A stretch of 63,802 bases of DNA, the filler included, from Octopus bimaculoides (taxonomy: Eukaryota), in the NCBI RefSeq assembly GCF_001194135.2. It is 6 parts of 6 records of this genome, joined end to end, with 100 filler letters (N's around TTAATTAATTAA, not from the genome) between each part and the next. Parts side by side here need not be neighbours in the genome. Positions count along the whole stretch, not along the records: positions 18,916 to 29,658 come from NC_069004.1; positions 29,759 to 39,081 come from NC_068984.1; positions 39,182 to 45,778 come from NC_068981.1; 3 more parts are not named here. The stretch is one strand, 5' to 3'. The position numbers and the translations under genes were made by a program. Below are positions 25,961-40,169 of this stretch, one piece after another. Within the stretch, counting starts at the first letter, position 1, and every line of letters begins with the position of its first letter. The notes under the pieces were generated by a model. The model was not told the DNA's origin. It ran no database searches and was given only the letters and a program-made list of their open reading frames with translations.

Positions 25961-27085
25961 NNNNNNNNNNNNNNNNNNNNNNNNNNNNNNNNNNNNNNNN
26001 NNNNNNNNNNNNNNNNNNNNNNNNNNNNNNNNNNNNNNNNNNNNNNNNNNNNNNNNNNNNNNNNNNNNNNNNNNNNNNNNNNNNNNNNNNNNNNNNNNNN
26101 NNNNNNNNNNNNNNNNNNNNNNNNNNNNNNNNNNNNNNNNNNNNNNNNNNNNNNNNNNNNNNNNNNNNNNNNNNNNNNNNNNNNNNNNNNNNNNNNNNNN
26201 NNNNNNNNNNNNNNNNNNNNNNNNNNNNNNNNNNNNNNNNNNNNNNNNNNNNNNNNNNNNNNNNNNNNNNNNNNNNNNNNNNNNNNNNNNNNNNNNNNNN
26301 NNNNNNNNNNNNNNNNNNNNNNNNNNNNNNNNNNNNNNNNNNNNNNNNNNNNNNNNNNNNNNNNNNNNNNNNNNNNNNNNNNNNNNNNNNNNNNNNNNNN
26401 NNNNNNNNNNNNNNNNNNNNNNNNNNNNNNNNNNNNNNNNNNNNNNNNNNNGTGAGAGAGAGAGAGAGAGGGGGCATTGACAGTAGTGAGAGGAAAAGTG
26501 TGGAAATATACGAGAGGGGGTTAGAAAGTAAAATGAATAGCAAAGGGGGAGGTATAAAGAAAGAGAGAGAGAGAGAGAGAGAATGAGAGAAGGAATAAAG
26601 ATGAAAGGTGTTTAAGATCAAAAGGGAAGAGTGTGAGGCGGAAGGGGGGGATGAGTGAAGGGCGGAGGTGCAAACGTGAAAATGAGAGAGAAAGGGAGAG
26701 GCAGAGATAGAGAGAGACAGAGACATGAATGAAGAAAAGTAAGAGAAGGCCTGAGCGTGTGTGTGTGTGTGTGTGTGTGCAAAAGGAACACTGTGTTAGT
26801 ATGTTTATGTGTCAGTTGGTATGTATGTATTTATGTATATGTATGTATACGTGTGTATCTGTGTATACTTATATGTATTAATGAATAAGTACATATATAT
26901 GTGTGTGTATGTATGTGTATATATTTATGTATATCACATATATTTAATTATATATATATATGCACACATACATATATAAGTGTGTGTGTATATANNNNNN
27001 NNNNGTGTGTGTGTTTGAATATGTATTTCTCTGTGTTTGTGTGTGCGCGTGTGTGTAAGAGCGAAAAGCTCATTAGCTGTTAGTT

Positions 27086-27122
<37 letters not shown>

Positions 27123-27149
27123 GTGTGTGTTAGATTGAAATGGTAAAAA

Positions 27150-27162
27150 GAGACTGATAGAT

Positions 27163-27219
<57 letters not shown>

Positions 27220-27331
27220 AATAGATAGATAGATAGACATATAGACAAATAGATAGATAGATAGATGCAGAATGAATATGAATGAGTGTGGAGAAGCGAA
27301 TGACCTGGAAAAAGAACGAAAGAGAGAGAGG

Positions 27332-27410
<79 letters not shown>
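27150..27410. repeat. (TAGA)n and (GA)n arrays
   Basis: Direct reading. Confidence 0.9.
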
Positions 27411-27412
<2 letters not shown>

Positions 27413-29581
27413 CAATCACAGTCCGGGAAGAAAGAAAATGCAAGCGAGAAGAGGAAGGAATATGGAGAAGAAAAAAAGCAAAAAAATATATATTTACAAA
27501 AAAAAAATGAAGAAAGAAAGTGAGTGAAATTATAAAACGAAAGAGAAAAGGTAATAAAGAATGAACGAAACAGAGTGAAGAAAGAAAGAGAGAAAGAGAG
27601 AAAGAGAGGAAGAGATTGAATGATGCCGTAAGCGACCAAGATGATAGGCAGCAGCCGCCATAAATAAGCAGAAGGTACATACGTCTACCTGCTGCTGTAC
27701 GAAGAAATAATATAACGATTGTGATGAAAACTCACATATCCAGCCTCCAGAAATTTATTGATTTCTATTGAGAAAAAGATTCGGCTGTGATTTCTTTCCT
27801 TTTTTCTTTCTTTTTTTTTTTTTTGTTTTAATCATTGATATGTGTATGTGTGTGTATACATACATACATACATACATACATACATACGTACATGCATACA
27901 TGCATATATACATACATGCATATATACATGCATGTATGTATTTGTTGCTATTGTTTTTAGCTTCTAGAAATACTTCTACACTTCCTTCACTTCTTAACCT
28001 TCTTCCTCTTCTTTTTCTTTCTCTTTCTCTCTTTCCTCCTTCACTTTCTTCTTTTTCTCCTCTTTTTCCTCTTCCTTCTCCATTTCCCGCTTTCTCTTCT
28101 CCTTCTCTTTTCTTCTTCCACTGTTTCTTCTTTTCATCTTCATCTTCTCTCTTCCCCCTCCTCCTCCTCCTCCTCCTTCCTCTTCTCCTTCTCTTTCGTA
28201 ATTTCGTTTGTTTTTTTCTTTTTTCCAGTTTTATTTTTTTACCTTCCTTCATTTAATTTTTTTATATTATCACTTTTTTATATAAATCTCCCCCCGGCAG
28301 CTTCAAAAGGGATATTGTCGTGCTATGTCAAATCTATTTATCTATCAGTATATCTTGTCCTCACTCAGGTTGGTTAGTCGGTGGGTCGGTTGGTCTTGAA
28401 GTCTTCAGGCCTGGATAGTAACATGGTGGATTGTTGGCCATTCTGTCACATATGTACCATAGACACGCGCGCGCTCTCTCTCTTTCCAACACTAACTCAC
28501 CGACCCGCTCTCTTTCACGCACTCTCTCTTCATATATATGTGTGTGAGCGTGTGTGTGTGTGTATAGAGTATACAAGAGTGTATGTGTGTATAGAGTATA
28601 CAAGAGTGTATGTGTATGTATGTATGTAAATATGTAAGTATGTTAAGGAATATATATTATTTTACGTACAACTTACACCGCATAGCGGGACGTTTCCCTT
28701 CATCGGCTGTCTACTGGAGCTCACAACGTTTTCGGTACTTCTTGACGGAACAACTCTCTCTCTCTCTCTTTCTCTCTCCAGATGTGTCTAGCAGCATTGA
28801 TTCATCAGAGGAATATCAGAGGCCTTTATCATGTTTGCTTTTTTCTTTCTATTTGTTCACGTAAAAAAAAACACGAAATTTATAACTGCAATTACGCAAA
28901 CAATGCACCACCTCTTTTGGTTTATATTCTACCGTAGATTTTTTTTCTTCCTCTCAACTTTCGTCTTTTCTCTACAATATACCTAACGAAGAATTATGTA
29001 CCATTTCTTTCTTTCCTAATTCTAATGCAAGCCAAGGACAACATTCTGGAACACTAGACAAACATTATGACGATTGTAAATGAAAAGAAACCAGCTGGGC
29101 CTGGACTAAGTGCAATGGCAGAAAGAACAGACATACGAATTTTGTGGTGTATAGGTTCCTCCTGGATAGGACGTCGGTCAGTTGCAGGGTTGCTTCTTTT
29201 TGGAAGAGGGAACTGAAATGTGAAATGAAATGGTTTTGTCTTGTTTTTCGTTGTTTTGTTTTGTTGTCGTTGATTTTTTTTTTTCAAGAACACATCGCAC
29301 TGTTCGGTCTAGGAATCGAAACTGCAAACTTACGCTCATGGATGCAACACCCTAACCACCTAACCCACGTGCCTTTACATACATACATACACACAGACAT
29401 TCATGCAGACACAGACACACACACACACATGCATATATGTGTATGTATATTTATATGCATATATATGTGCATTCGTATTTATATAAAACACGTGTTTGCA
29501 TAATCAGATATGTGTACACATATATATATATATATACATACATGAATATATATATATATGTATATATATATACATACATGA

Positions 29582-29638
<57 letters not shown>

Positions 29639-29658
29639 CATACATACATATATATATA

Positions 29659-29758
29659 NNNNNNNNNNNNNNNNNNNNNNNNNNNNNNNNNNNNNNNNNN
29701 NNTTAATTAATTAANNNNNNNNNNNNNNNNNNNNNNNNNNNNNNNNNNNNNNNNNNNN
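29659..29758. other. Artificial scaffold join 44N-TTAATTAATTAA-44N
   Basis: Linker at 29703-29714. Confidence 0.95.
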
Positions 29759-32528
29759 TATATATATATGTATATACATGCAAATTAATCTGTTTGATAT
29801 ATTTCAGCTTTTAGTGGCGCTTTATGTTCAGCGCCTTCCTGGAGTACAAGAGAGGGTACTCAGTCGCAAAGAATATATTGTTTATACAAACAAGCTGTTT
29901 AGTCCTCTCCGTACAATATTAACTAACAACCGGTAGATTTATTGTGTGGTATACTACAGTATAAACTAAGACCTCTTGATATATTCTGAAGACTAGTATA
30001 GTCGTGAGAAAGATGGTATTAAATCAACAGTAATTTATTCGCTCAAAAGTGAGACAGTGCTTGATATAATTGATTGCTGACATTTCCACAAATAACGGTT
30101 ATATCTCTTTTAAATTCCACTCAAATATTTGCATATATATGAACACTTTCTGCTCTTAAATATAGTATGTCTTACCAGTAGTCATCACATCTGTAATTCT
30201 TTGATAAATAGGCCTGTTCGATCTACATCAACCTTTTGCAATACAAAACCGATACAGTGACAGACTAAGTCATAGTCTATTAGTTATTAAAAGAAAAATT
30301 ATTGAAAATATTACAAGTTGTTTTACATCATGACCGTGGGCATACACACAAAGATAATACAGAACAACAGTAATGCATTGAAGCAGGTGCATAGACATAT
30401 CTTCAAATGCTGTACAATTGTTATGAATAAATTTAATTCATTTTCATGTATGGTTTAATGAGAGGAAACAAAACCATGGATTCTTCGGAACCTCCTAAAC
30501 CTGGTGTGTGTGGAAAAAAGATGTTTATTCTTAAACCTGAGATGTTAATAATCCTTCTAACTTAGCACAAGACTATTGGAAGTTGATAAGAAAATTAACG
30601 GTAACCATATGCCGAACAGTGATTCTACACCAGAAAGCACGTTACTTTTACAACTTAAGAACAATCTCATAAATTACAATGAGTTTTCAAACAGTTACCC
30701 TCTATCAATGTCTATTTGTTGCTCGGTTTTGTTGCTCCGGAGATAAGACCAAAGTTTACTTATGGTATCATAATTTGAACTCTAAACTGAAAAGACGTTG
30801 CTATAAAGTGACCTTCTGAATCACACAGCCATGCTTCACTCATTAGATAACTCTAAAAATTATATACATGCATACGGGTACTAGGCCAAACATCCACACT
30901 ACTGCACAAAAAATAGCAATCGATTTAAACGATCTGTCATCTTCTGTGGTACTTATTGTAACTGCAAGGGTTGCATATAGGAAAGAAAAGCTTACCCAGC
31001 AGAACTTTGAACTCTGAGCAAAATTAAGACGTAAAAATATTATGCAAGTAAATTTCGCCGTCGCTGGACATGTTCTACTATCCAGTGATGTCTCTGAATG
31101 ATGAATATGAAAGTTTGTATCAGCCATTGTATTTCTGAAATTGTTTTAATCTTTATACTTGTATTTTGTACTGAAATCAAAACGACAACACAATATCTGA
31201 ATAGATTTGAAACGTTGTTATTTTCTTTAGACCTTTTCGTTCCTCAAGTCAACTCTATGTTTCTATTAAGCTCAAAATAAATTTGGGCCAAAATTTGGTT
31301 GTTTTCCAACATTAAACTAATAAAAGTAGTATATGTTTGACTATAAACCTACTGTATTGTTTACAGAAATAACATATTCAAACAGCACACCTATTTACAT
31401 TTAATAAAATAGTACGCGAATAATTCAGAAACATCATGCAAGGAAGTTTTAAGTGATTGTTATTCCTCAAAGTGTAAATCTGTACAAAAGCTATATCATA
31501 TTAAGTCATAAATTTTCTTCATTAGATACCGTTGTTGTACTACGCTGATGACAACGATGATGATATAAATTTTGTATGATTATGTTAATAATTGCAACGA
31601 GGATAATCATGCTTTGAGAAACACTTTCATTTGATGTTGATTAATGTCATGATTATGGTAATGGCAACCTCAGTGTACAATATTCATATCTACATTGCAA
31701 ATAGAAATCCTAGCTAAATTTATTGTGCTTTGTGTTTAGACAATCCTCTATGGCAGTAGACAGTTGAATTCTATCGGCCTCATTAGTTGCCTTGTTTTGT
31801 TTAGCCAATATGAATCAATTTCAATTCGTTTAAATTCATCTGTAAGAAGACAATAACAAGAAATTCCCCAGAATCTTTATAAAATTTCATCCAAAATCAA
31901 TGTATGTAATTGTCAAGTTCGTGGGTATTTCAGATTGAATACTGAACATTAGCCTCGCAACAACAGCAACAGCAACAAGACCAACAGCAACAGAGAATCT
32001 ACTACAACAACCGGAGCAGCAGAAATAACAACATCAATAGCAATGAACTACATAATAACTAACATCAGACGTGTTTGTGAGGAAAGAATTAATCCTGGTG
32101 GCTAAAGACTTTGAAAATGATTTGGAATACACACTGAATTTGTTTGAATGCACTGAATAACAATAAGACTGATGAAAAGCAATAAATACATTTCCTCAGA
32201 ATGTGATCTGTTATCAGTTCTTGATGTAATTGAGACAAATCACTTGGTGCATGCATGAAAAGAAATTATATAAAAATGACTAAAGTAAGTCAATCACTTT
32301 TTCTTGTGTGCCAAAATATTGAAGCATCGTTATAAATTAGTATCATTATCAAAGACACGCCAAACTTCTGAAAGAATACTGTTCAAAAAATTATTTCCGG
32401 AGATAACAGAATATAACGAAACCGAACTGAAAGAATTTAAAATTAAAAAAAAAAAAAATAGTTTCATCAACTTCCAGTTAGTTTGATGCTTCATAATGTC
32501 AATACTGTCTTTTTTGTATGAATACACA

Positions 32529-32529
<1 letters not shown>

Positions 32530-32592
<63 letters not shown>
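32530..32592. repeat. (GTA)n microsatellite
   Basis: Direct reading. Confidence 0.95.
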
Positions 32593-32593
<1 letters not shown>

Positions 32594-32839
32594 GAGTAGT
32601 AAGGCTGTTAGCTAAATTACTTAGTGGCTATTGTGATAGAAAAATCGACTTTAAGATAATTAGTTAAAATACACAAACATTTGCTGTGTATTAACGAAAT
32701 GTTTGATCTTAAGTCTACCTTCCTCAATTCATTTAATTACTTTGGCTTCTGTGGCATATTATCTGAGTGATCTCTGTGGCAGATTAGGGATCTATTCGGG
32801 ATAGATTATCGGGGGAAATAAAGATCATTCACGTTATTT

Positions 32840-33095
32840 ACATTTGACGGATATTTGTCCTCACCTTGTTTGTTGTTAACACAACGTTTCGGCTGATATA
32901 CCTAGTAGCCTTCATTAGGTGTCTTGGGGAAATTTCGAAACTGGTATTTTTCGATGTTGTTGTTGTTCTTCTTATTATTATGTTTTTTGTTCTTCAAATT
33001 TCCTTCTATTTCTCGCCGAGTGTTTTCCGTACACCTAGGGCAGAGAAGCTCATTGTATGCATTCCCACTTTGCACACGGAAATTCACAGGTAAAA
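32840..33095 (-). mobile_element. Penelope-like element pLTR / 3' fragment
   Basis: Carries a minimal type I hammerhead fold, the established hallmark of PLE pLTRs. The short upstream frame is only weakly suggestive of a GIY-YIG C-terminus. Confidence 0.6.
32878..32923 (-). ncRNA. Minimal type I hammerhead ribozyme motif, core-mutated (CUAAUGA)
   Basis: Minus strand: GACAC-CTAATGA-A-GGCT(12 nt)AGCC-GAAAC-GT-T-GTGTT. Stem I GACAC/GTGTT, stem II GGCT/AGCC, palindromic AACGTT stem III. Confidence 0.7.
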
Positions 33096-33145
33096 TATGT
33101 ATTTAAAACAAATTAATAAATAAATAAATTCATGAATGCAAGTTG

Positions 33146-35512
33146 TTTTCACAGTGATAATGCTCTTCTCAGTACATGAGCCGTTCTAGTTAACACGATT
33201 TTTTGCACTTCCTGTAGGGATGGTAAGCCTGGTATCCTTTTCAAATAGGTTTCACTACCTTTTTTCATCATCCTTAGAGATCCTACAATCACTGGTACGG
33301 TAGTCGCCTTGAGATGCCACCCTTTTTCAATTTCTATTAGCAAGTCTTTATATCTACAGATCTTGTTAAATTCTTTCGCCGCTATATATTATGATCAGTA
33401 GGAATACTCATGTCAATTAATAAGCATATCTTCTTTGTCTGATCTTTTATGATAATATCCGGTTTATTAGCCTTTATAGTTTTCTCAGTATGTATGGGGA
33501 AGTGCCTGAGAATCGATGCATTTTCTCCCTCAGTCACAGCTTCAGGATGGTGTTTACACCATTTGTCAGCGGTTTTGATTTTATAATGCCGACATATTGT
33601 CCAGTGTAAATACTGGCCGACTCTACCGTGTCTTGCTTTATATTCTACAGGTGCTTAGATTCTACACCCTGAGATTAGGTTGTCTATATTTTCAATTTTA
33701 TCATTACCCAATCAGCATTTTGAGTCATTTCCACTTTTTATCACATTGACTTGGTAGTTCCGGGTTAATAAGCTCTGGTTTTGAGCAGCTAATATGAAAC
33801 CTTCATACGCTGCTTTTAGCCCTGAGCTTCGTGGCCATTGATGCGTGTCTTTCTGGTCGACATCAGCTTGTATGCTAAGGGCCACATACTTGCCATGCAG
33901 AAGTTTCTAGCTAATTTTCATGTGCTTTTGTCTTTGCAATTAATTTTATTTTCTTTGCAGCAGCAGTTGGCGCATTTACTTCAACCTGATCAGGCTGGTG
34001 GGTATCTATGAGATCAGTAGCGAATTGTTTGCTCTCTTGCAGAATCGAGTGAAGTTTTTCGGTCTTTCATGTTTTTGAACAAGTTTCAGCATCCAATCGT
34101 TGGTTGTTTCAAGGTATTTGACCAATCCGATAGTGATGGTTTTGTACGTAAGTTCAGGCTGGATGAAGCCTCGACCTCCCTGAGTTCTGGGATAGTAAAG
34201 ATGATCCATGTCTGCCTTTGGATGGTGCATGTTATTACAAGTCAGTAACTTGCGGATTTTTCCATCAATTTTCATTATTTCACTGGTGTTCCAGTTAAGC
34301 ACATTGAAGCTATAAAGAACAACTGGGACTGCTAAGGAAATTATGGCTAACATCTTATTATATGCATTAAGCTCAGGCTTCAGAACTGCTCGAATTGTTC
34401 TATAACATTCCTTCCTAACCTTCTCTTTCATGCTTGCATGCTGGATACCAGAGCCTTCATTTATTCCTAGGTATTTATAGGTTTGTTCCTGCTCAAGTTC
34501 CTTTATTACTGTTTCGACATCTAATTCTATTGAACTTGACTTTACCAGTTTCCCTTTTTTAAAAGTGGGTTTGGCACACTTTGCAAGGTTAAACTCCATC
34601 CCGATATCATCACTGAATCCTTTCACAGTGTGTAGTAGTCCTTCAAGCTCTTCATCATCTTTGCCATATAGTTTTAAATCATCCATATAAAATAGATGGC
34701 TTATTTACCTGTTGTCAATTTTGTAGCTAGCGATTTCAGAACCCATGAATGTGGTATGCTCTCAAAGGCTTTCTTATAATCAACCCATGAAGATCTGAGA
34801 TTTCTGCGCTTGTTATGGCAGTTCTCAAGAATCATGCCATTAATTAGGAGCTGATCTTTGCATCCGTATGAGCCTAGTCTGGATCCTTTTTGTTCAGTGA
34901 GAAAGAGGTTATTCTCCTTCATAAACATATATGTTTTCTCCACTAGAATAGCTGTCAAAATCATATAGGTAGTAGACAAACATGTTAGATGCCGGTAGTT
35001 TTTTGGGTCCTTGGTTTCGTTATTTTTGGGGAGGAGGTAAGTAATACCATTTGCCATCCAATGGGGAGTTTTTTCTGGGTTTTCATAATACTATTAAATA
35101 GTATTACTAACATTTTGTGTGCGGACGAGTGATGAGAGCCAGTAATTTGGTACTCTATCAATACCAAGGGATTTCCACTTATGAGCCTTCGTTAGTGCCC
35201 TTCTTAGGTCGGTGATTGAGATGACTTACCATACCTGATCTTGTAGATTTTTGTAGGCTCTTTGGGATCGTTTGATCCACTTTCTTTGTATGGTTTGTCA
35301 TCACTCCAGATCCCTTTCAAAAAGTTTTCCACTTCTTCCATTGGGGGTGGATTTTCAATAGTTATGTTTTCTTTCCCTATTTACCTGTAAAATGATTTGG
35401 CACCGGATTTGAACATCTTGTTTTGCTTGTAGAATTTCATTCTTTTCTCAAATCTGCGTATTCTCTGAGCGTTTGCTTGGACTTTTTGTTTAAGTGTTTC
35501 ATTCGCTGACAT
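33146..35512 (-). mobile_element. R4/Dong-clade non-LTR retrotransposon (RT + CCHC + restriction-like endonuclease); 5'-truncated and degenerate
   Basis: RT motifs EQKG, DYKKAFESIPH, YMDDLKLY, YKYLG, HPKAD..LYYPR..GGRG. C-terminal RHGRVGQYLHW, NKPDIII..LIDMSIP and IEKGWHLKATTVPVIVGSL...TAHVLRR. Multiple stops and frameshifts. Confidence 0.92.
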
Positions 35513-36050
35513 TAGTTACAATGGAACTTTAAAATTGTCGTCCTTGTAGACGTAATGCAATTTCAGAAAGAGTATATGAATCACTTATTCCTCTATATAA
35601 CATGTCACCCATGCCAAATATTAGAAACACAATTACAAAAGTAAATATTTAAAAAGAAATCTGGAATAAAAGGTGAAAGTAAATATTCTTCCGACGTAAT
35701 ATCGAAAATGATGCCGTCTAATAAATAAATAAATCAATACAATATTAGATGCAATAATTCTGAGCTTATGAACGAAAGAAAATTCAGATTTGCATTATAG
35801 AGTACAAAGTACAACTAAAATTGTATTTCATTTTCGAGCAGATGAGACTGCATTTTCTTTAGAAATTGGTTGCTTCACAGCGACTGAAGACAACTAAAAA
35901 GGATATTTCTACTCCTGGTGCTATTTGGCAGCGACAGGAATTACAGTAACTTAGAAATTAATACAAAAGTCGAGGTCGCTTACATGTCACTCGGTCCTTA
36001 ATAATATCCACTGTTTGAAGTAAATTACTGGATTCAAAATTGCTAATGGC

Positions 36051-36084
36051 GACAAGTACCTTCTCTATCGAGAAGGTACTTGTC
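36051..36084. other. Perfect 15-bp inverted repeat with 4-nt loop
   Basis: GACAAGTACCTTCTC-TATC-GAGAAGGTACTTGTC. Confidence 0.9.
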
Positions 36085-39081
36085 ACAAATTTATGTTGTT
36101 GCTGAACACTTTCTCTTCTTCGTTTCTTTTAACCTTTAGTTTACTAAAGTCGAATGATATCTACAACTAAAGCTTTTTCATTAAATCAATTTCGTTTGTT
36201 CTTACGTTCTTCAGCTACATTTTCCCAGATTATATATGCAATTTAAATAAAATTTCCGTGGTGTTACTTAAACATTTATTAAACACATTCATTGGATATA
36301 TCTTCCTCGTAAGTTCAGAATGCAAGATTTGTTTATGCATTATGCATTTACACATCATAGGAATTAAAGTTAATGATTTTCAACGATAGTTAGATGTTTT
36401 CTGGATTTTGTACTTATTACAGCGTAAGACGTACCATTCTGAATCGGTCGCAAATTTCCTTTGTAATACATTCCTACGTTGATTTATTTGACGTTGATAC
36501 ACTATACAAATTTCACAGCCACGTAGCAGTGTGGAGAGCACAACAATCAGAGACATGATAATTTGTTTGGCTTTTCAGTTTGAAATTATGATTGAGCAAG
36601 TAATTTAATAACACAGGAGCGTCAAAATCTCTTATGTCTATGTACAACAAAGTTGAAATTTGACACATTGCTAAACACTACACGAAATCACTTACACAGT
36701 GTAGTCATTCGTTCAAATACAAATGTAGTAAAGCAATAAGTGGGATCTTGATAATCCAAATAAACGTATAAACAACTCCATGTATAGTAGAGAGTTGCAT
36801 ATTACCACCATCAGCATCTTTCGATCGATGTTTTCCATGGGCGATGGTTCTTATCCGTAGACTTGCTCCACATGATAGTCATTCGTCATCTTTTCAATAT
36901 ATACCATTCATTAGGGAACAAGGTTGATACATATATATATAAAATGAATACCGCTCTCATATATACAAAACTGATCCCCATATATATAACACTGATCAAA
37001 ATATTTGTAAGAAATTATTTTTTAATTATAAACAAATATAGTGGCTCACGGAATATGTGGTTCTTCCCAATTATCCAGGTGTATGTAATATATTTAAGAC
37101 AGCGTTTTAGAAGACATTCCATTCTGAACCAAGTAAGTACTTCAGCATATATTCTACAGGAATATATGCATTTTAATGTTATATATATGGACCGATCATC
37201 TACCTCAATCATATTTGATATTGAGTAGAACCCACAAGAAAGAGTCCACAGGGTCACTTGAATTTCTAGAATTATTAGTCAAACTGCAACTACCGTTCTT
37301 GAGATGTTCACGTTCATTAGTCCGATAATCAGATTTATTGGAGCTGAAATGGTATTTAACGGTATTAACGCTAATATTCTGGGAGAATTTAACAAGTCCT
37401 GTCTGCAACTCCAAAACGTAAGCTCAAACATGCAGCGACTATTATACTTTTGATATTATGTGTTCTACATAACTTGTCAGTAGTAAATTGACAACGACTT
37501 CTGTCACGTTGCACTCATCAAAAAAATGCCTTTGTCATACAAAGCTACATATATTGTATTGTAAAATGAGAAACAACTTTATAGCTCTTCATTTTCAACT
37601 CTTCATTTTCAGCATTTGGAGTCCTCGAAATGTCTCTGCCTAAATTGTTCTCCTTAAATATTATGTCTGACGTGCAATTTAAGAATACATTTTATTGATC
37701 TCAACAGTATGGGATGGCCTATAAGTATCATGGTAAATATTACTACTACACTTTAATATAAAAAATGCAAAAACAAAAACCCTACTAAAATGAAAACTAG
37801 CAAAGAAATGCTATTATCTAAATTGTGGAAATTTACTTCAATAATTTATACATTACTGAATTGAATTTTCTCTGTGTGTGTATGTGCGTGTGTGTGTATT
37901 ATAAGTGTATTCGTGTTTAAAAAAGAATTGCACTATTTCTTTTCTGGGCTGTGACACAAATGAAATTTTTCATATATAATACGATATATTCTTCACTAAC
38001 CTTGCACTATATTATTTTATTGGTAGTCACTAGTTATTTATGCATTCATGAAATTTTTCATAGTGTCTATCCTATATTTTATTAATTGTGTATTCGATAA
38101 AAAAAACATTATCTTTCATAACGGCCTATGTTAGGTGACAAAACTCGGTTCAATATTCTTAACATCTGTTTTATTGATTGCAATCCTAACCGTTACATTT
38201 CGCACTGCTACTAATATTGGGGTGCCATAAACAATAATAAATCAAACTTTCCGGGTCCAATAATATTTGTACTGAAAACATTGCGCAATAGAGACAAAGG
38301 AACATAAACCAATAATATATATTAGTAGATTTAAATCCAATATAACTTTTCTCATTATTTCAATTATTTTCGTTTAGAAATAGTTTTTATATTTACTTTT
38401 CCATGCATCTGAGGTTGAGTAGATAAGCATATTGAACCATTCCCATGGTTCTAAGAAGTAAAAGGTGACGACCGATAAAAACACATCAGCACATACAAGT
38501 ATAATGGATACTCGTAGGTTCGTGCTCAATATTATATTTGAGTTTCTTTTCTTTTAATTTTGGTGGAATGTGTGTTAAATAGTTTGGCAAATCCAGTCAC
38601 GTAAACATATTTGAAGAAAATGCATACTGAGTTGAATATATCCAGTGTAAATTGATTAAAAATTCTTGAGTGAAAGTCTTTAGTCAATCAAATTGGCCTA
38701 TCTACTTGAATGGAACTGTATTTTAGTGATCCAGGAGAAATGAACGAAATATTTTGTCCAAGGCTTTAATGCATTTAGTACTTAACCACCCTTCTTTATG
38801 AATAATAAGACAAAAATACTTGCCACCAATACCTGTCTAGCTATCTCTTTATATATATATATAAACGATGCGTCCTGCCCGAAGCTTGTCGAAACGCCGG
38901 TGTTAAAACGTGGGTAGCTGATGAAGTAGAATGTTCTCTATGTGGCTCGTGTGTTTTCTCGTCTAAGATTGTTTGCAATGTCCTGTACCCAGATATGCAC
39001 CTATACATACAGGTGGATGTCGGTATGCACATACCTGTACGTATATATGCATATACTCATTTACTATTTATTTTATATATA

Positions 39082-39181
39082 NNNNNNNNNNNNNNNNNNN
39101 NNNNNNNNNNNNNNNNNNNNNNNNNTTAATTAATTAANNNNNNNNNNNNNNNNNNNNNNNNNNNNNNNNNNNNNNNNNNNN
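39082..39181. other. Artificial scaffold join 44N-TTAATTAATTAA-44N
   Basis: Linker at 39126-39137. Confidence 0.95.
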
Positions 39182-40131
39182 ACACACGCACTGGTTCAGT
39201 CCTTTATTAATTTAATTTATATAGTTTTTTGTTAAATTATTTCATTGCACTCTTGCAATCTCTTCAGTAACTTGTCTCTCCACTTCCATTTATTTTGAAT
39301 ATATGATCTGGCGTTGTTTTGGCGTTGTTTCGAAACTGTTTGGTATGAGCATGCGAGTGTGTTTATTACCGGCATAATGCCTCTCCCAAGGTTTAATTGT
39401 ATATATATATATATATTTATTTATTCTTACTTTGTTATGTTTGTGTGTTTGTTATTTTGAGCTGTAGTATCCTGATACATCAGGATGTTAAAGAAGTATT
39501 GATTATTCAAGGGATACAATTCAGTGTCTGAACAATTACAGTTATCTCTTCTTCATTGATTTGTTCTGTTTGTACTGTCTTGAAAGAGTCTGTGTTTATG
39601 CAATGGAATGATTTTACCTTATAGAAATGTTTATAGAATTACTGGCTTTCATATCCTTGCCAATGAATACTTGTTGTCATTGTGGAAGTGTTGCTGAGCT
39701 ACAATGTCAAATTGGATAATTTTGCATTGATTTTTAACCCTCAATCTTTTTGAATCATCAACATTTGGGGTTTTTCATATGTTTTAGTTTCATAAAGGAC
39801 TCTTCTTTTGTGTTAAGGTGGATGGGTGGATTTGACTCTACTTTTTAGCTGACAACATTTAGTTTTCCGTATGCAGAATTAATTAGTTTCTATATTTTAG
39901 CCTCTTTAAATTTATACCTTTGAGCTTAGTGTTGGCACTTCCCTTGACTATGCTGTTAGCCAGAGTTTAGACGTTATTTATTGTGCATTAATGCCACTGT
40001 ATATATATATAATTATTATTTTATAGGTTTTTCTTATGTCAGTTCATTTTATTGTTCAGTTCATCTGCCTATGTGGTCAAGTATTTATCATTATTGAAAT
40101 TGACTGTGCTTTCTCTTTGCTTATGCTGTGA

Positions 40132-40165
<34 letters not shown>

Positions 40166-40169
40166 CTTT

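Noticed and set aside
27683-27694. 12-nt minus-strand microexon (TACAG|CAGCAGGTAGAC|GTATGT)
   Set aside because: Splice signals look good, but it could not be joined in frame to any neighbouring candidate; such matches are expected by chance.
30843-31127. 94-aa hydrophobic ORF with a GTAAGC donor
   Set aside because: Its core aligns with a decayed family C SINE head; no independent coding evidence.
38860-38950. GAAAC...CTGATGA as a hammerhead
   Set aside because: Could not build stems I/II or a valid NUH site; at most a decayed pLTR fragment.
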